Assembly (NCBI GenBank): GCA_029974275.1 | Contig: JARKSN010000189.1 | Span: 1-58,647 of the forward strand | Origin: Candidatus Hydrogenedentota bacterium | GTDB taxonomy: Bacteria; Hydrogenedentota; Hydrogenedentia; Hydrogenedentales; SLHB01 | Direction: 5' to 3' | Length of the DNA: 58,647 nt | Shown: one piece after another, positions 1-9,838 of the stretch | How the letters are laid out: every line of letters starts with the position of its first letter | Position numbering within the stretch: the stretch's first letter is position 1 | The notes under the pieces: model-generated | Databases searched by the model: none | What the model saw: only the letters and a program-made list of their open reading frames with translations | Told to the model about the DNA's origin: nothing | Made by a program: the position numbers and the translations under genes

Positions 1-189
1 CTGGGCTCGCTGGCGGTGGTGCCGCTGATGCTCACGCGCCATCCGGCGCCGCGCCATGAGCAGCACGCCGCCATCAGCCTGCGGGCTCTCACGCGCCGGG
101 CGCCGCTCACGGTCGTCGGCATCCTGCTGGTCTCGCTCAGCTACGGTGCTTTCTATGCGATCGGGCCGGTGTATGCGCTGAAGATCGGC
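1..189 (+). other. Internal fragment resembling a YcaD-like MFS transporter, in frame with the surface protein (probable chimeric junction)
   Basis: LAVVPLMLTRHPAP..ISLRALTRRAPLTVVGILLVSLSYGAFYAIGPVYALKIG resembles the central loop and TM7 of YcaD-like MFS proteins. Codon style (CTC/CTG/ATC) differs from the downstream sequence. Confidence 0.6.
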
Positions 190-3100
190 AAAGGGGGCGA
201 CGGAAAATCGGGCGGTTATGGCACTCCCGGCACGTTGAAGCTGTGCGGTTCGGTCGTGCTTGCCAACGGCGTGCGTGTGGACGCGTTGAATGGTCTTGCG
301 ACGTCCAACACGAACTTTCAGGGCAAGTTCACGATGGTGTCGAACATGAACGAGACCCATCGCACGAACCAATGGCCGACCTTCAACGGGTATTGTCATG
401 GCGGGGTTACGACGTACGACAACATTCTCAAGATGGCCAATGGTCTTTTTGGCGGCGCGTATACGCCGGTGATTCCGGAGTTGACTTCGATGCCGAACCC
501 GTATGGTTTTTTGAAGACGGGTTTTTGGAACAAGTCGACGGTGGATGGTTCGGCTCCGGAGAGCACGGATGCCGTTACGGGCGTGCAGGTGAAGCGTTTG
601 GCGAGCGCCACGAGCAGTCCTTTCGATGGGTTTGATCAGATTTTCATTGTGAATCCTTCGGGCGCTTCGACGTCCCGGAGCATTCGCGTCAAGATAGGGA
701 CGTCGGGTTGGACGAATCTGGGCGTGTTCGGCGCGAACGCGTATTGGACCACGGCGGCGGCGCCTTCGTCGGCGGTGTTGATTGACTCGGTGGATCCGAC
801 GGTGTCGATAGGCAGTCCGTCGGCGACGTTGGCTTCGGCGGGTCCTGTGAGTTACACGGTGACGTATGCCGACGCGTTGAGCGGCATCGGCAGCATTGGG
901 TTGGGTTCCAGTCATGTTTCGTTGAATCGCACGGGCACGGCGACGGGCACGGTGACGGTGTCGGGCGAGGGGTTGAGTCAGCGGACGGTGACGGTGTCGA
1001 ATATCACGGGGAGCGGGAGTCTGGGCATTTCCATTGTTGCGGGCACGGCGTTGGATGCGGCCGGCAACGCGGCTCCGGCGGCGGGTCCGAGCGCGACCTT
1101 CGTGGTGGACACGGCGCCGCCGACGGGCACGGTGACGATTAACGGCGGTCTGTTGGCGACCACGTCGCGCAACGCGTCGTTGGCGTTCACGATGAACGAT
1201 CCGGCTCCGAGCGGCGGCACGACGACGGCGCAGCTCCAGGTCAGCAACGACAACAGCACGTGGTCGTTGTACGACTATGCCAGTCCGCCGTCGACGTGGC
1301 AGCTTACCGAGGGAGACGGCGTGAAGACGGTGTACGCGAAGTTCAAGGACGACGCGGGCAATTGGTCCAATCCGCCGGCGACCGCCACGATTAGCCTGGA
1401 CACGGCGCCTCCGACGGACGGTTCCGTCGTCATCAATGGCGGCGCGGTGTACACGAACAACCGTTCCGTAGCGTTGACCTTGTCCGCGTTGGATCCGGCT
1501 CCAAGTTCGGGGTTGGCGTTGATGCGTCTGAGCAACACGAACAACGGATCGGATTGGGATCAGCGTGCGTATGCCGCGTCGACGACGTGGCAGTTGACGA
1601 CGGGAGACGGAACCAAGACGGTGTACGTGCAATTTGGAGATACGGCGGGCAATTGGTCGGGATCGTATCAGAGCACCATCGTGTTGGATACGACGACGCC
1701 GACGGGCGGCATCGTCATCAACAAGGATCCGGGCAATCCGGGGGATGTTCTGGGCGCGCCCTATACCAACAATCCGGCGGTGACGCTGTCGTTGAGCGCT
1801 TCGGGCGTGGTGAGCATGAAGTTGCGGAACGCGGGCGGGGCGTGGGGACCCGAGGAGCCGTACGCGACGTCCAAGGCCTGGACCTTGTTGTCGTCCGAGG
1901 GGGTTCGCACGGTGGAGGTTCAGTTCAAGAATCCCGCCGGGACGTGGTCCGATACGAAGAGCGATGCGATCATTCTCGACACGCTTTCGCCGAATGGTTC
2001 GTTCACGATTTCCGGAAGCGGGGGCGCGGCGGTCACCAAGACGCTGAGCGTGACGCTTTCGATGAATGCGAGCGATGGGACGGGGTCGGGTCTTGCGCAG
2101 ATGCAATTCAGCAACGATGGCAGCGCGTGGAGCGCATGGGAGAGTTACGCTTCGACGAAGACCGGCTATCTGTTGGCGGCGGGCGCGGACGGCACGCGCA
2201 CGGTGTATGCCAAGATCAAGGATAACGCGGGCAATGTGTCCGAGACGATGACCGATACGATCGAGTACGATCAGACGGTTCCGGTTTTGACGGTGACGGG
2301 GCCGTTTGGGGTGGATGGGGTCACGCCGCTTTCGGCTACGAACGGCGGTCCGGCGACGTATCAACTTGCGGCGAGCGAGGATGTCTCGTTCGACGTGGGC
2401 TTGGCCGGCAAGGTGACGTTGGTGAAGACGGGCACGGCGAACGCGACGGTTTCGACGCAGGTCAACGGTCTGCGGGCGGCCACGGTGACGCTTTCTTCGT
2501 GCACAGGCGACGGCGCGCTGGCGGTTCGCATCGAAGCGGATGCGGCGCGCGATCCGGCTCAGAACAGTTCTGCGCAGACGTCGACGAGTGCGTCGTTCGT
2601 CGTGGACAACACGGCGCCGATCATTTCGTTTAGCGCGCCTTCGCTGGCGGCGACGCGCACCAGCCCTGTTTCGTACACGGTCACGTATACGGGGGCGACG
2701 AGCGTCAACTTGACGGAAGCGAATATCATTCTGAATGCCACGGGCACGGCCTCGGGCATTGTCGCAGTGGGCGGGTCGGGCACGGAGACGCGCACGGTAG
2801 GGATTTTCTCGATTGGCGGAGATGGCACGTTGAGCATCGGGATTGGCCCTTCGACCGCTTCGGATGGCGTGGGCAACATTTCGGGCGCTGCGGGGCCGAG
2901 TCCGGTGTGTGTGGTGGACAATACGCCGCCGGGAGTTTCCATCAGCGCGCCGACAACGACGTTGACGCGTACGGGGCCGGTGTCGTACACGGTGTCGTAT
3001 GCGGGGGCTGACAGCGTGACGCTTGCAGCCAGCGATATTACGTTGAATAGAACGGGTTCGGCGACGGGCGCGGTCAGCGTCAGCGGAAGCGGCGCGGGCA

Positions 3101-6100
3101 CGCGCACGGTCACGATTTCCGGCATTACCGGCGATGGCTCGTTGGGCGTCAGCGTGGCGTCGGGCACGGCGGTGGATGCGGCGGGCAATATTGCCGGCGG
3201 CGCGGGGCCGAGCGCGACGTTTGCGGTGGACAATACCAAGCCGGGCGTGAGCGTTAGCGCGCCTTCCACGGGCAGCACGGCCGATGGTCCGGTGAGTTAC
3301 ACCGTGACGTACACGGGCGCGGACACAGTGACGCTGGGCGCGGCGCATGTTTCGCTTAATCGGACGGGCACGGCGAGCGCGGCGGTGGCGGTCACGGGGT
3401 CGGGCGCGCAGACGCGCACGGTGACCTTGTCGAACGTCACGGGCGATGGCCGTCTGGGCATTTCGGTGGCGTCGGGCACGGCGGTGGACGCGGCGGGCAA
3501 TCTGGCCGATAATGCGGGGCCGAGCGCCGTGTTCGATGTGCAGCACAATGCGCCTAACGTGAGCGTGTCGCAGCCTTCGCGCAATTACGTCAAGGCCGGC
3601 GATACGGTGACGTATACGGTGACGTATACGGGCATGGCGAGCGTGGGGCTGGAGGCGTCCAGCGTGATCCTTACGCGGACGGGGACGGCAACCGCGGACG
3701 TGGCTGTTTCGGGCTCGGGCAATGCGACGCGCACCATTACGTTGTCTGCGTTGACGGGCGATGGGACGTTGAAGGTGTCGTTGCCGGCAGGCACGGGGAA
3801 GGATTATTGGGACGCTGATGCGCCGGCGGTTTCGGCTTCCGCCGTGACGGCCTTTACGGTGGACAATACGGATCCGGTGATGACGGTGGGGGCTCCCTCG
3901 GCGACGGTCACGAAGTCGGGTCCTGTCACGTACACGGTGACGTACGCGGGCGCGAATACGATCACCTTGTCGGCGACGGATATCACGTTGAACAAGACGC
4001 CGGTCGGCACCGGGACGGTGGATGGAACGGTGAGCGTGTCCGGAACGGGCAACGTTTCCCGGACGATCACGGTGACGAACACGAGCGGGGATGGCTCGTT
4101 GAGCGTCGACATTGCGGCGGGAACGGCGGTGGATAACGCCGGCAATGTCGCCAACGGCGGTTCCGGAGCTTCCTTCAACGTGCGGACGAATCAGCCGAGC
4201 GTGTCCATTGCGTCTCCGGATGTTCCGGTGACGCGGAACGGTCCGCTGAACTACACGATAACCTACTCCAACATGGATACGACGGATGCGTTGTCGGAGG
4301 GCGACGTGACGGTGTTGTGGACGGGCACGGCCACGGGCACGGCCACGTTCAGCGGCAGCGGGAATTTCTATACGCTTTCGCTGTCTTCGATCACCGGGGA
4401 CGGGTCGGTGTTGGTTTCGGTGCCGCCGAACACGGGTCTCGATCTCTTTGGCGAGCCGGCGCCGACGGACGGAGCGGTGAGCGCCACGGTGCTTGTGGAC
4501 AACACGCCTCCTTCCATTTTGCTTGAAGGCCCCTCTACGGATCGGACGAGCATTGGGCCGGTGACGTATACGGTGACCTACGATGGAGCGGATATCGTGA
4601 CGTTGTCGGCGGAGGACGTGACGTTGTTGCGGACGGCCACGGCGAGCGGTCATGTTGAGGTGAGCGGCGTGGGCACGGCGACGCGGACCATCACGATCAG
4701 CAACATTACGGGGGACGGCACGCTGGGGATTAGCCTTCCTGGCGGCACGGCCTCGGACATGGCGGAGCATACGGTTCCCGAGCCTCCGGTTCCGGATGGG
4801 TTCATGGTGATGAATTCGGTTCCGGGCGTGAACATCAGCGCGCCGACGCCGGCGGCCGTCAATCAAGGCGAGGCCGTGTATACGGTGACGTATTCGGGCA
4901 TGCAGACCGTCACGTTGGCGGAGTCCGACGTAACGCTGGGGCGTTCGGGGACCGCAACGGGCGTCTTGAGCCTTTCGGGTTCGGGGAATGTGACGCGCAC
5001 GGTGACGATCCGGAATACGGACGGCGATGGACAGCTTTGGATTCAGATTGCGGGCGGCACGGGGGTTGATTATTTCAACGCTCCGGCTCCGGCGTCGGTC
5101 CTAAGCGCTCCGTTGTTGGTGGACAACACGCGCCCAATGGTGAGCGTGGGCGAGCCTTCCGTAACCAAGACGCGGAGCGGACCGGTTTCTTTCGTTGTGA
5201 CGTATAACGGCGCGGATGCGGTCACGTTGGATGCGCCGAGCGTGATATTGAGCAAGATCGGCACGGTGGGCGCGGTGGTCGCTGTTACGGGAAGCGGAAC
5301 GGGCATCACAACGCGCACGGTGACGCTGTCCAACATTACGGGCGACGGCACGCTGGGCATAATCATTCCTCCGGGAAGCGCTTATGACAATGCGGGCAAT
5401 GAATCGCTGGCGGCGAGTTCCGGCAACGTCGTGGCTGTTGACAATACGCCGCCGACGGCTTCTGTTTCGGCTCCATCTCCGGCGTTGACGCGGCAGGGTC
5501 CGATCTCGTACACGGTGACGTACGGCGGTGCGACCGACATCGCCCTTACCGCTTCCCATGTTTCGCTGACGCGCACGGGCACGGCTTCGGGCGTGGCGTC
5601 GGTTCAGGGCAGCGGCGCTTCTTCGCGCACCGTGGTCATTTCGGACGTGACGGGTGACGGAGCGTTGGGGGTGTCCTTGGCGCCCGGAACGGCCGTGGAC
5701 GATTTTGGCAATGAAGCGCCTGCGTTCAGCGGCAGTTCGGCGATCGTGGACAATACCAAGCCGGTGATTTCCTTGATGGGCAGCCCGACGATCGAGCACG
5801 AATGGTCGCTCGATTACGTGGATGCGGGCGCGACGGCTTCCGACAGCCGGGAAGGCAACATCACGAACCGTGTTGTCACGAACAATCCGGTGAATCCGAA
5901 CATGTTGGGCGATTACGTCGTCACCTACAACGTGACGGATCAGGCCGGCAACGCGGCGACGCAGGCATCGCGATCGGTCAAGGTCGTGAAGCACACGTTT
6001 GAAAACGACATCACCAATTATTACGGCGGATCGGTGTATCGCGATTTCATTCGCGTCACCATTCGTCCGGGCGTGCTGACGTCCACCTTTATCACGCATG

Positions 6101-6777
6101 TGGTGCTGGACCGGGCCATGCGGTTCAACGTGCCCGCGCCGTATCGGATTCCGGACGGCGTGTGCTATTCGGTGGAGCCGAAGGCCACATCGGTGTCGTC
6201 GGGTTACATTGGTCCGGTGCAGATTTGGTACAAGGACGACAATGACGATGGCTATATCGATGGGACTCGCATCCCGGAGACTTCGCTGGTGATGTTCCGC
6301 GTCAACGGCGAGACGGGCGTGGTGGAGAACTTGGGCGGCGTGCTCTTCGCCAGCTCGAATTCGCTCATTGTCAACACCGAAGTGTGGGGTTTCTTTGCCT
6401 TGGCGGGCATCGATGAGTTGGCCTCGAATCCGACTCTGGACACCGACGGGGACGGGATTCCCGACATGACGGAGGACGCCAACAGCAACGGCATGTGGGA
6501 CCATGTGGATACGGCGTTCCCGATGCGGTGGCCGTATCCGGGCAACGAGACGGATTGGCAGAATTGGGATACCGATGGCGATGGCGTTTCGGACGGCCTT
6601 GAGGTGGTGTTGGGAACGAATCCGCTTGATCCGGGCAGTCCGCCGCATGAGCCGGGCAGTTCGGGCGTGCCGGCGACGGGATCGGCGGCGTTGGCGGCAT
6701 TGGCGGCGCTGTTGGCTGCGGCGGGATTGCTCGGCCTGACGCGGCGCCGGGTTGCGGCTCGCCGAACCGGGAGATAG
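1..6777 (+). CDS. Giant cell-surface repeat protein, 5' partial: tandem Ig-like repeats, DUF5011-like domain, Asp-rich Ca-binding motifs, C-terminal sorting signal
   Basis: Frame is open from base 1. About 12 ~100-aa repeats (DNTxPxVS..GPVSYTVTY..TGDGxLGIS..DxAGN) and 4 of a second type (DTxPPTG..INGG..W..GDGxKTVY..AGNWS). Also KPVISLMG..DAGATASD..YxVTYNVTDQAGN, DTDGDGxxD motifs, and a VPATG + hydrophobic helix + Arg-rich tail. Confidence 0.85.
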   Translation: MGSLAVVPLMLTRHPAPRHEQHAAISLRALTRRAPLTVVGILLVSLSYGAFYAIGPVYALKIGKGGDGKSGGYGTPGTLKLCGSVVLANGVRVDALNGLATSNTNFQGKFTMVSNMNETHRTNQWPTFNGYCHGGVTTYDNILKMANGLFGGAYTPVIPELTSMPNPYGFLKTGFWNKSTVDGSAPESTDAVTGVQVKRLASATSSPFDGFDQIFIVNPSGASTSRSIRVKIGTSGWTNLGVFGANAYWTTAAAPSSAVLIDSVDPTVSIGSPSATLASAGPVSYTVTYADALSGIGSIGLGSSHVSLNRTGTATGTVTVSGEGLSQRTVTVSNITGSGSLGISIVAGTALDAAGNAAPAAGPSATFVVDTAPPTGTVTINGGLLATTSRNASLAFTMNDPAPSGGTTTAQLQVSNDNSTWSLYDYASPPSTWQLTEGDGVKTVYAKFKDDAGNWSNPPATATISLDTAPPTDGSVVINGGAVYTNNRSVALTLSALDPAPSSGLALMRLSNTNNGSDWDQRAYAASTTWQLTTGDGTKTVYVQFGDTAGNWSGSYQSTIVLDTTTPTGGIVINKDPGNPGDVLGAPYTNNPAVTLSLSASGVVSMKLRNAGGAWGPEEPYATSKAWTLLSSEGVRTVEVQFKNPAGTWSDTKSDAIILDTLSPNGSFTISGSGGAAVTKTLSVTLSMNASDGTGSGLAQMQFSNDGSAWSAWESYASTKTGYLLAAGADGTRTVYAKIKDNAGNVSETMTDTIEYDQTVPVLTVTGPFGVDGVTPLSATNGGPATYQLAASEDVSFDVGLAGKVTLVKTGTANATVSTQVNGLRAATVTLSSCTGDGALAVRIEADAARDPAQNSSAQTSTSASFVVDNTAPIISFSAPSLAATRTSPVSYTVTYTGATSVNLTEANIILNATGTASGIVAVGGSGTETRTVGIFSIGGDGTLSIGIGPSTASDGVGNISGAAGPSPVCVVDNTPPGVSISAPTTTLTRTGPVSYTVSYAGADSVTLAASDITLNRTGSATGAVSVSGSGAGTRTVTISGITGDGSLGVSVASGTAVDAAGNIAGGAGPSATFAVDNTKPGVSVSAPSTGSTADGPVSYTVTYTGADTVTLGAAHVSLNRTGTASAAVAVTGSGAQTRTVTLSNVTGDGRLGISVASGTAVDAAGNLADNAGPSAVFDVQHNAPNVSVSQPSRNYVKAGDTVTYTVTYTGMASVGLEASSVILTRTGTATADVAVSGSGNATRTITLSALTGDGTLKVSLPAGTGKDYWDADAPAVSASAVTAFTVDNTDPVMTVGAPSATVTKSGPVTYTVTYAGANTITLSATDITLNKTPVGTGTVDGTVSVSGTGNVSRTITVTNTSGDGSLSVDIAAGTAVDNAGNVANGGSGASFNVRTNQPSVSIASPDVPVTRNGPLNYTITYSNMDTTDALSEGDVTVLWTGTATGTATFSGSGNFYTLSLSSITGDGSVLVSVPPNTGLDLFGEPAPTDGAVSATVLVDNTPPSILLEGPSTDRTSIGPVTYTVTYDGADIVTLSAEDVTLLRTATASGHVEVSGVGTATRTITISNITGDGTLGISLPGGTASDMAEHTVPEPPVPDGFMVMNSVPGVNISAPTPAAVNQGEAVYTVTYSGMQTVTLAESDVTLGRSGTATGVLSLSGSGNVTRTVTIRNTDGDGQLWIQIAGGTGVDYFNAPAPASVLSAPLLVDNTRPMVSVGEPSVTKTRSGPVSFVVTYNGADAVTLDAPSVILSKIGTVGAVVAVTGSGTGITTRTVTLSNITGDGTLGIIIPPGSAYDNAGNESLAASSGNVVAVDNTPPTASVSAPSPALTRQGPISYTVTYGGATDIALTASHVSLTRTGTASGVASVQGSGASSRTVVISDVTGDGALGVSLAPGTAVDDFGNEAPAFSGSSAIVDNTKPVISLMGSPTIEHEWSLDYVDAGATASDSREGNITNRVVTNNPVNPNMLGDYVVTYNVTDQAGNAATQASRSVKVVKHTFENDITNYYGGSVYRDFIRVTIRPGVLTSTFITHVVLDRAMRFNVPAPYRIPDGVCYSVEPKATSVSSGYIGPVQIWYKDDNDDGYIDGTRIPETSLVMFRVNGETGVVENLGGVLFASSNSLIVNTEVWGFFALAGIDELASNPTLDTDGDGIPDMTEDANSNGMWDHVDTAFPMRWPYPGNETDWQNWDTDGDGVSDGLEVVLGTNPLDPGSPPHEPGSSGVPATGSAALAALAALLAAAGLLGLTRRRVAARRTGR

Positions 6778-6808
6778 CGGCGGTTGATTTGAAGTAGGGG
6801 TTTTGCTG

Positions 6809-6848
6809 CGCTGGTCCGGGAACATGTTTCCGGACCAGCGTTTTTTTT
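6809..6848 (+). terminator. Rho-independent terminator
   Basis: 14-bp stem CGCTGGTCCGGGAA-catg-TTTCCGGACCAGCG followed by T8, 31 nt after the stop codon. Confidence 0.9.
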
Positions 6849-7053
6849 GAGGCGATCGCGTGTTTTTGGGGCGTTGTGCACGTGGTGTGGAGGTCTTCGT
6901 TGTCGGCGGGTCCTATTCCGTGCTATTATTTTACCAGAGTTCGAAGAGTAGTGGCGCCGGAGAGCGTGACAACCATCGAGGGCGTTGCAAAGGGCCGGGG
7001 CGCGTTTGGCGAGGAGAGGGCATGGCGCAATCGAGAGAAGCGGGAGCGGGTTT

Positions 7054-7740
7054 ATGAGCGCGTCGCCATGCGGTTCCAGCGCGGCCGGACGGGCTGGCGT
7101 ATTTATCGTCGATGATCATCCCGTTGTCCGCAAGGGTCTTGCGTTGCTCATCAATCAGGAACAAGATCTCTATGTGTGCGGAGAAGCGGAGGATGCGGCG
7201 GCGGCTCTTGCGGCGATTGAGCGGAATCCTCCCGATATCGTGTTGGTCGATATTTCGCTGCCGGGCGTTACGGGGATTGATTTGATTCGGCAGATTCGAG
7301 CCCGTTGTCCGGACATGGCGATTCTGGTGTTGTCGATGATGGACGAAAGCATGTATGCCGAGCGCGCGTTGCGTGCGGGCGCGCGCGGCTATGTCATGAA
7401 GCAAGAGGCGACGGATCGCTTGATCTCGGCCATACATGGGGTGTTGCGGGGGGAGTATTGTCTGAGCGGCGAGATGTCGTCCCGTTTGTTTCGTCAGGTA
7501 GCGGCGGGCAAGGCCGATCCGGCGGGCTCGTTGGAAGCGTGTCTTAGCGATCGAGAGCTTGAGGTGTTTCGGCGTTTGGGGCATGGCATGAGCACGCGCA
7601 AAATAGCCGCGGACCTGCATCTGAGCGTCAAGACCATCGAATCGCACCGCGAAAACATCAAGCACAAGCTGGGCATTCGCAACGCGACGAAACTTGTCCA
7701 GATCGCCGCCCAATGGGTTCAGCGCCAGGAGCTTGGCTGA
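7054..7740 (+). CDS. NarL/LuxR-family DNA-binding response regulator
   Basis: REC domain (IVDDHP..DIVLVDISLPG..GYVMK) plus LuxR HTH (LSDRELEV..IAADLHLSVKTIESHRENIKHKL). ATG 7054 chosen after a purine-rich RBS. Confidence 0.93.
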   Translation: MSASPCGSSAAGRAGVFIVDDHPVVRKGLALLINQEQDLYVCGEAEDAAAALAAIERNPPDIVLVDISLPGVTGIDLIRQIRARCPDMAILVLSMMDESMYAERALRAGARGYVMKQEATDRLISAIHGVLRGEYCLSGEMSSRLFRQVAAGKADPAGSLEACLSDRELEVFRRLGHGMSTRKIAADLHLSVKTIESHRENIKHKLGIRNATKLVQIAAQWVQRQELG

Positions 7741-7749
7741 GGGAAGGGG

Positions 7750-8151
7750 TTACTGGGCCGTTGGGGGGGGGGCTGTTCCCGTGGCGTGGCTGGCGAGGTA
7801 GAAGAGGTACGCCAAGCCTAGGTATACGATTCCGGAAAACCGGAACCAGAGGTCGGATTTTTCGCCCCACCATTCGTTGATGAGAATGGCAAAGGCGGGG
7901 ATGACGATCTGGACGCCGCCCGCAATGAACAGAACAACTCCCATGATTTGCACGAAAGGGGGGAGGTGCGTTCCGGAGGCGAAGACGAAGAGGAGCGTGC
8001 CGCCAACCATGCAGATGAAGCCGAAGATGCGGACGGGCATGTCGCGCAGAAAGATGCGGACGATGCGTCGCATGGAGCCGGGGGCGGCGATGGCGAGCGT
8101 CCCCAGAACCGCACAGGCGGCCACGAACAACCACATGGATGCCGCTTTCAC
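7750..8151 (-). CDS. Small multi-pass membrane protein (DUF2065-like)
   Basis: About 4 hydrophobic segments. GTG start 7 nt after AAGGAG. Confidence 0.7.
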   Translation of the reverse strand: MKAASMWLFVAACAVLGTLAIAAPGSMRRIVRIFLRDMPVRIFGFICMVGGTLLFVFASGTHLPPFVQIMGVVLFIAGGVQIVIPAFAILINEWWGEKSDLWFRFSGIVYLGLAYLFYLASHATGTAPPPTAQ

Positions 8152-8376
8152 ACGCTGTCTCCTTGGCTGGGCGACGTGGGCTCGCTGGGGGAGTCCAGCG
8201 GACATAACCATCGCCGGCGCTATTTTAGCTTGAATCCAGGAATGGGTCAACTGGACTGGGGCATGAATATCGATCCTGGCGCCCAGACGCGCCCGGCACA
8301 GAGACTGGACGCTACAAAGATATCTGCGCCATTCGCTCGACTTTTGAATGCGATGGCCTTGGGCTCTGGGCGGCTT

Positions 8377-8406
8377 TTGCGCCATTTTCGCGGGGCATGG
8401 TATACT
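8377..8406 (+). promoter_or_regulatory. Putative sigma70 promoter of the pfkB-lptD operon
   Basis: TTGCGC-N18-TATACT with TG extended -10. Confidence 0.5.
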
Positions 8407-8456
8407 CGGCCCCTCGGAAGCGGTGCAGGGGAATGTTTGGAGAAAGGGGCGGATCG

Positions 8457-9389
8457 GTGGCAGTGGAGATCGTGACGGTCGGAATCGCGTGTGCGGATGT
8501 GATGACGCGTCCGGTTGATGGCTTGCCTGCCAAGGGCAAACTCAATCTTGTGCCGCATTTGGAGTTGCACATGGGGGGCTTGGCGGCGGTCACGGCGGCG
8601 GTGTTCAGCCGGTTGGGCGGCAACGCCGCGTTTATCGGCGCAGTGGGGCGTGATGGTTTTGGCGAGTATGTATTGGGTTCGTTGCGGGCCAGCGGCGTCA
8701 ACACGGATCATGTGCGTTTCGCCGAGGGAGCGGATACGTCGGCGACGGTTGTTCTTATCGACAGCGAGGGCGAGCGGACCTTCCTTCATCAAGTTGGCGC
8801 GAATGCGGCGTTGTCGGAGGCCGACATTGATTTTGATTTCGTGAAGCAGGCCAAGGTCTTGCATTGGGGGGGGCCTTCCGTCACTCCGGGGTTGGATGGG
8901 GCTCCGATGGGCCGCGTGTTCGAGCGGGCGCGGGCGCTTGGCGTGCGGACGAGCATGGACACGTGTTTCGATGGGAATGGCACGTGGCTGCCTTTGATCG
9001 AACCGGCGTTGCGGCATCTTGATGTCGTCATGTCGAGCTATGAGGAGGCCTGTCATTACACCGGCCAGACGGATCCCGAGGCGATTGCCGCGTTTTACCG
9101 ATCGTTCGGCGTGAGCACCGTTCTTGTCAAGATGGGAGCGGAGGGGTTGTTTTTGAGCGATGTGACGGGGTCGTGGCGGATTTCCGCGCATCGCGTGCCC
9201 GTCGTGGATACAACCGGTGCGGGCGATGCCGCGTGCGGCGGATTTTTGTATGGCTATGTGCGCGGGTGGGAACCGTTGCGGTGCGCCCAGTTGGCCAACG
9301 CGGTCGGTGCGCTTACCGTGCAACGGATTGGCGGCGGCGAGGCGGTATCTTCGCTGGAACAGGCGTTGGCGTGTATGGAGGCGCACTGA
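8457..9389 (+). CDS. PfkB-family carbohydrate kinase
   Basis: GG..SRLG..IGAVGRDGFG and VVDTTGAGDAACGG signatures. GTG after AGAAAGGGG. Confidence 0.92.
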   Translation: MAVEIVTVGIACADVMTRPVDGLPAKGKLNLVPHLELHMGGLAAVTAAVFSRLGGNAAFIGAVGRDGFGEYVLGSLRASGVNTDHVRFAEGADTSATVVLIDSEGERTFLHQVGANAALSEADIDFDFVKQAKVLHWGGPSVTPGLDGAPMGRVFERARALGVRTSMDTCFDGNGTWLPLIEPALRHLDVVMSSYEEACHYTGQTDPEAIAAFYRSFGVSTVLVKMGAEGLFLSDVTGSWRISAHRVPVVDTTGAGDAACGGFLYGYVRGWEPLRCAQLANAVGALTVQRIGGGEAVSSLEQALACMEAH

Positions 9390-9390
9390 C

Positions 9391-9777
9391 ATGTTGCGTT
9401 GGCTGGCGGGCGGCGTGGCGATGATGTTGGCGTTTTGGGGCGCGTATGCCGTGGCGCAGGAAGAGGTTCCTGTCGTGACGTCGCGGGAGCTTCCCGAGCC
9501 CGGCAAGACGGAGTCGGGCGGCCAAAAGGCGACGACGCAGCGGCCTGCGGGCGAGGTCGCGCCGCACGAGTCTGCGCCTCAACCGCCGAGGCGGCGGACG
9601 GAGGGCAAGCGGCAAGAGCCTAAGGAGGCGCAGCCGGCCGCGGATTCCTCGGGGGGCGCGCCGGAAGGATCGGCCCCGGCGGCTTCGCTCGGGAAGAGTG
9701 CGGCGGCTCCGAGGGCTTCGTCGCGTTCGAGCGCGGGGAAGCGGACGCCTGCGTTTTGGATCATTGACCCGATGTAA
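9391..9777 (+). CDS. Small secreted, low-complexity hypothetical protein
   Basis: Signal peptide MLRWLAGG..AYAVA|QEE and a Pro/Ala/Ser/Glu-rich body. Starts 1 nt after the pfkB stop with GGAGG upstream. Confidence 0.6.
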   Translation: MLRWLAGGVAMMLAFWGAYAVAQEEVPVVTSRELPEPGKTESGGQKATTQRPAGEVAPHESAPQPPRRRTEGKRQEPKEAQPAADSSGGAPEGSAPAASLGKSAAAPRASSRSSAGKRTPAFWIIDPM

Positions 9778-9838
9778 TGAGCGTGTCATGATGCATCGAA
9801 CAAGGGGTACGGGCCTCGATGGAGGGGGCGGCGCCATT

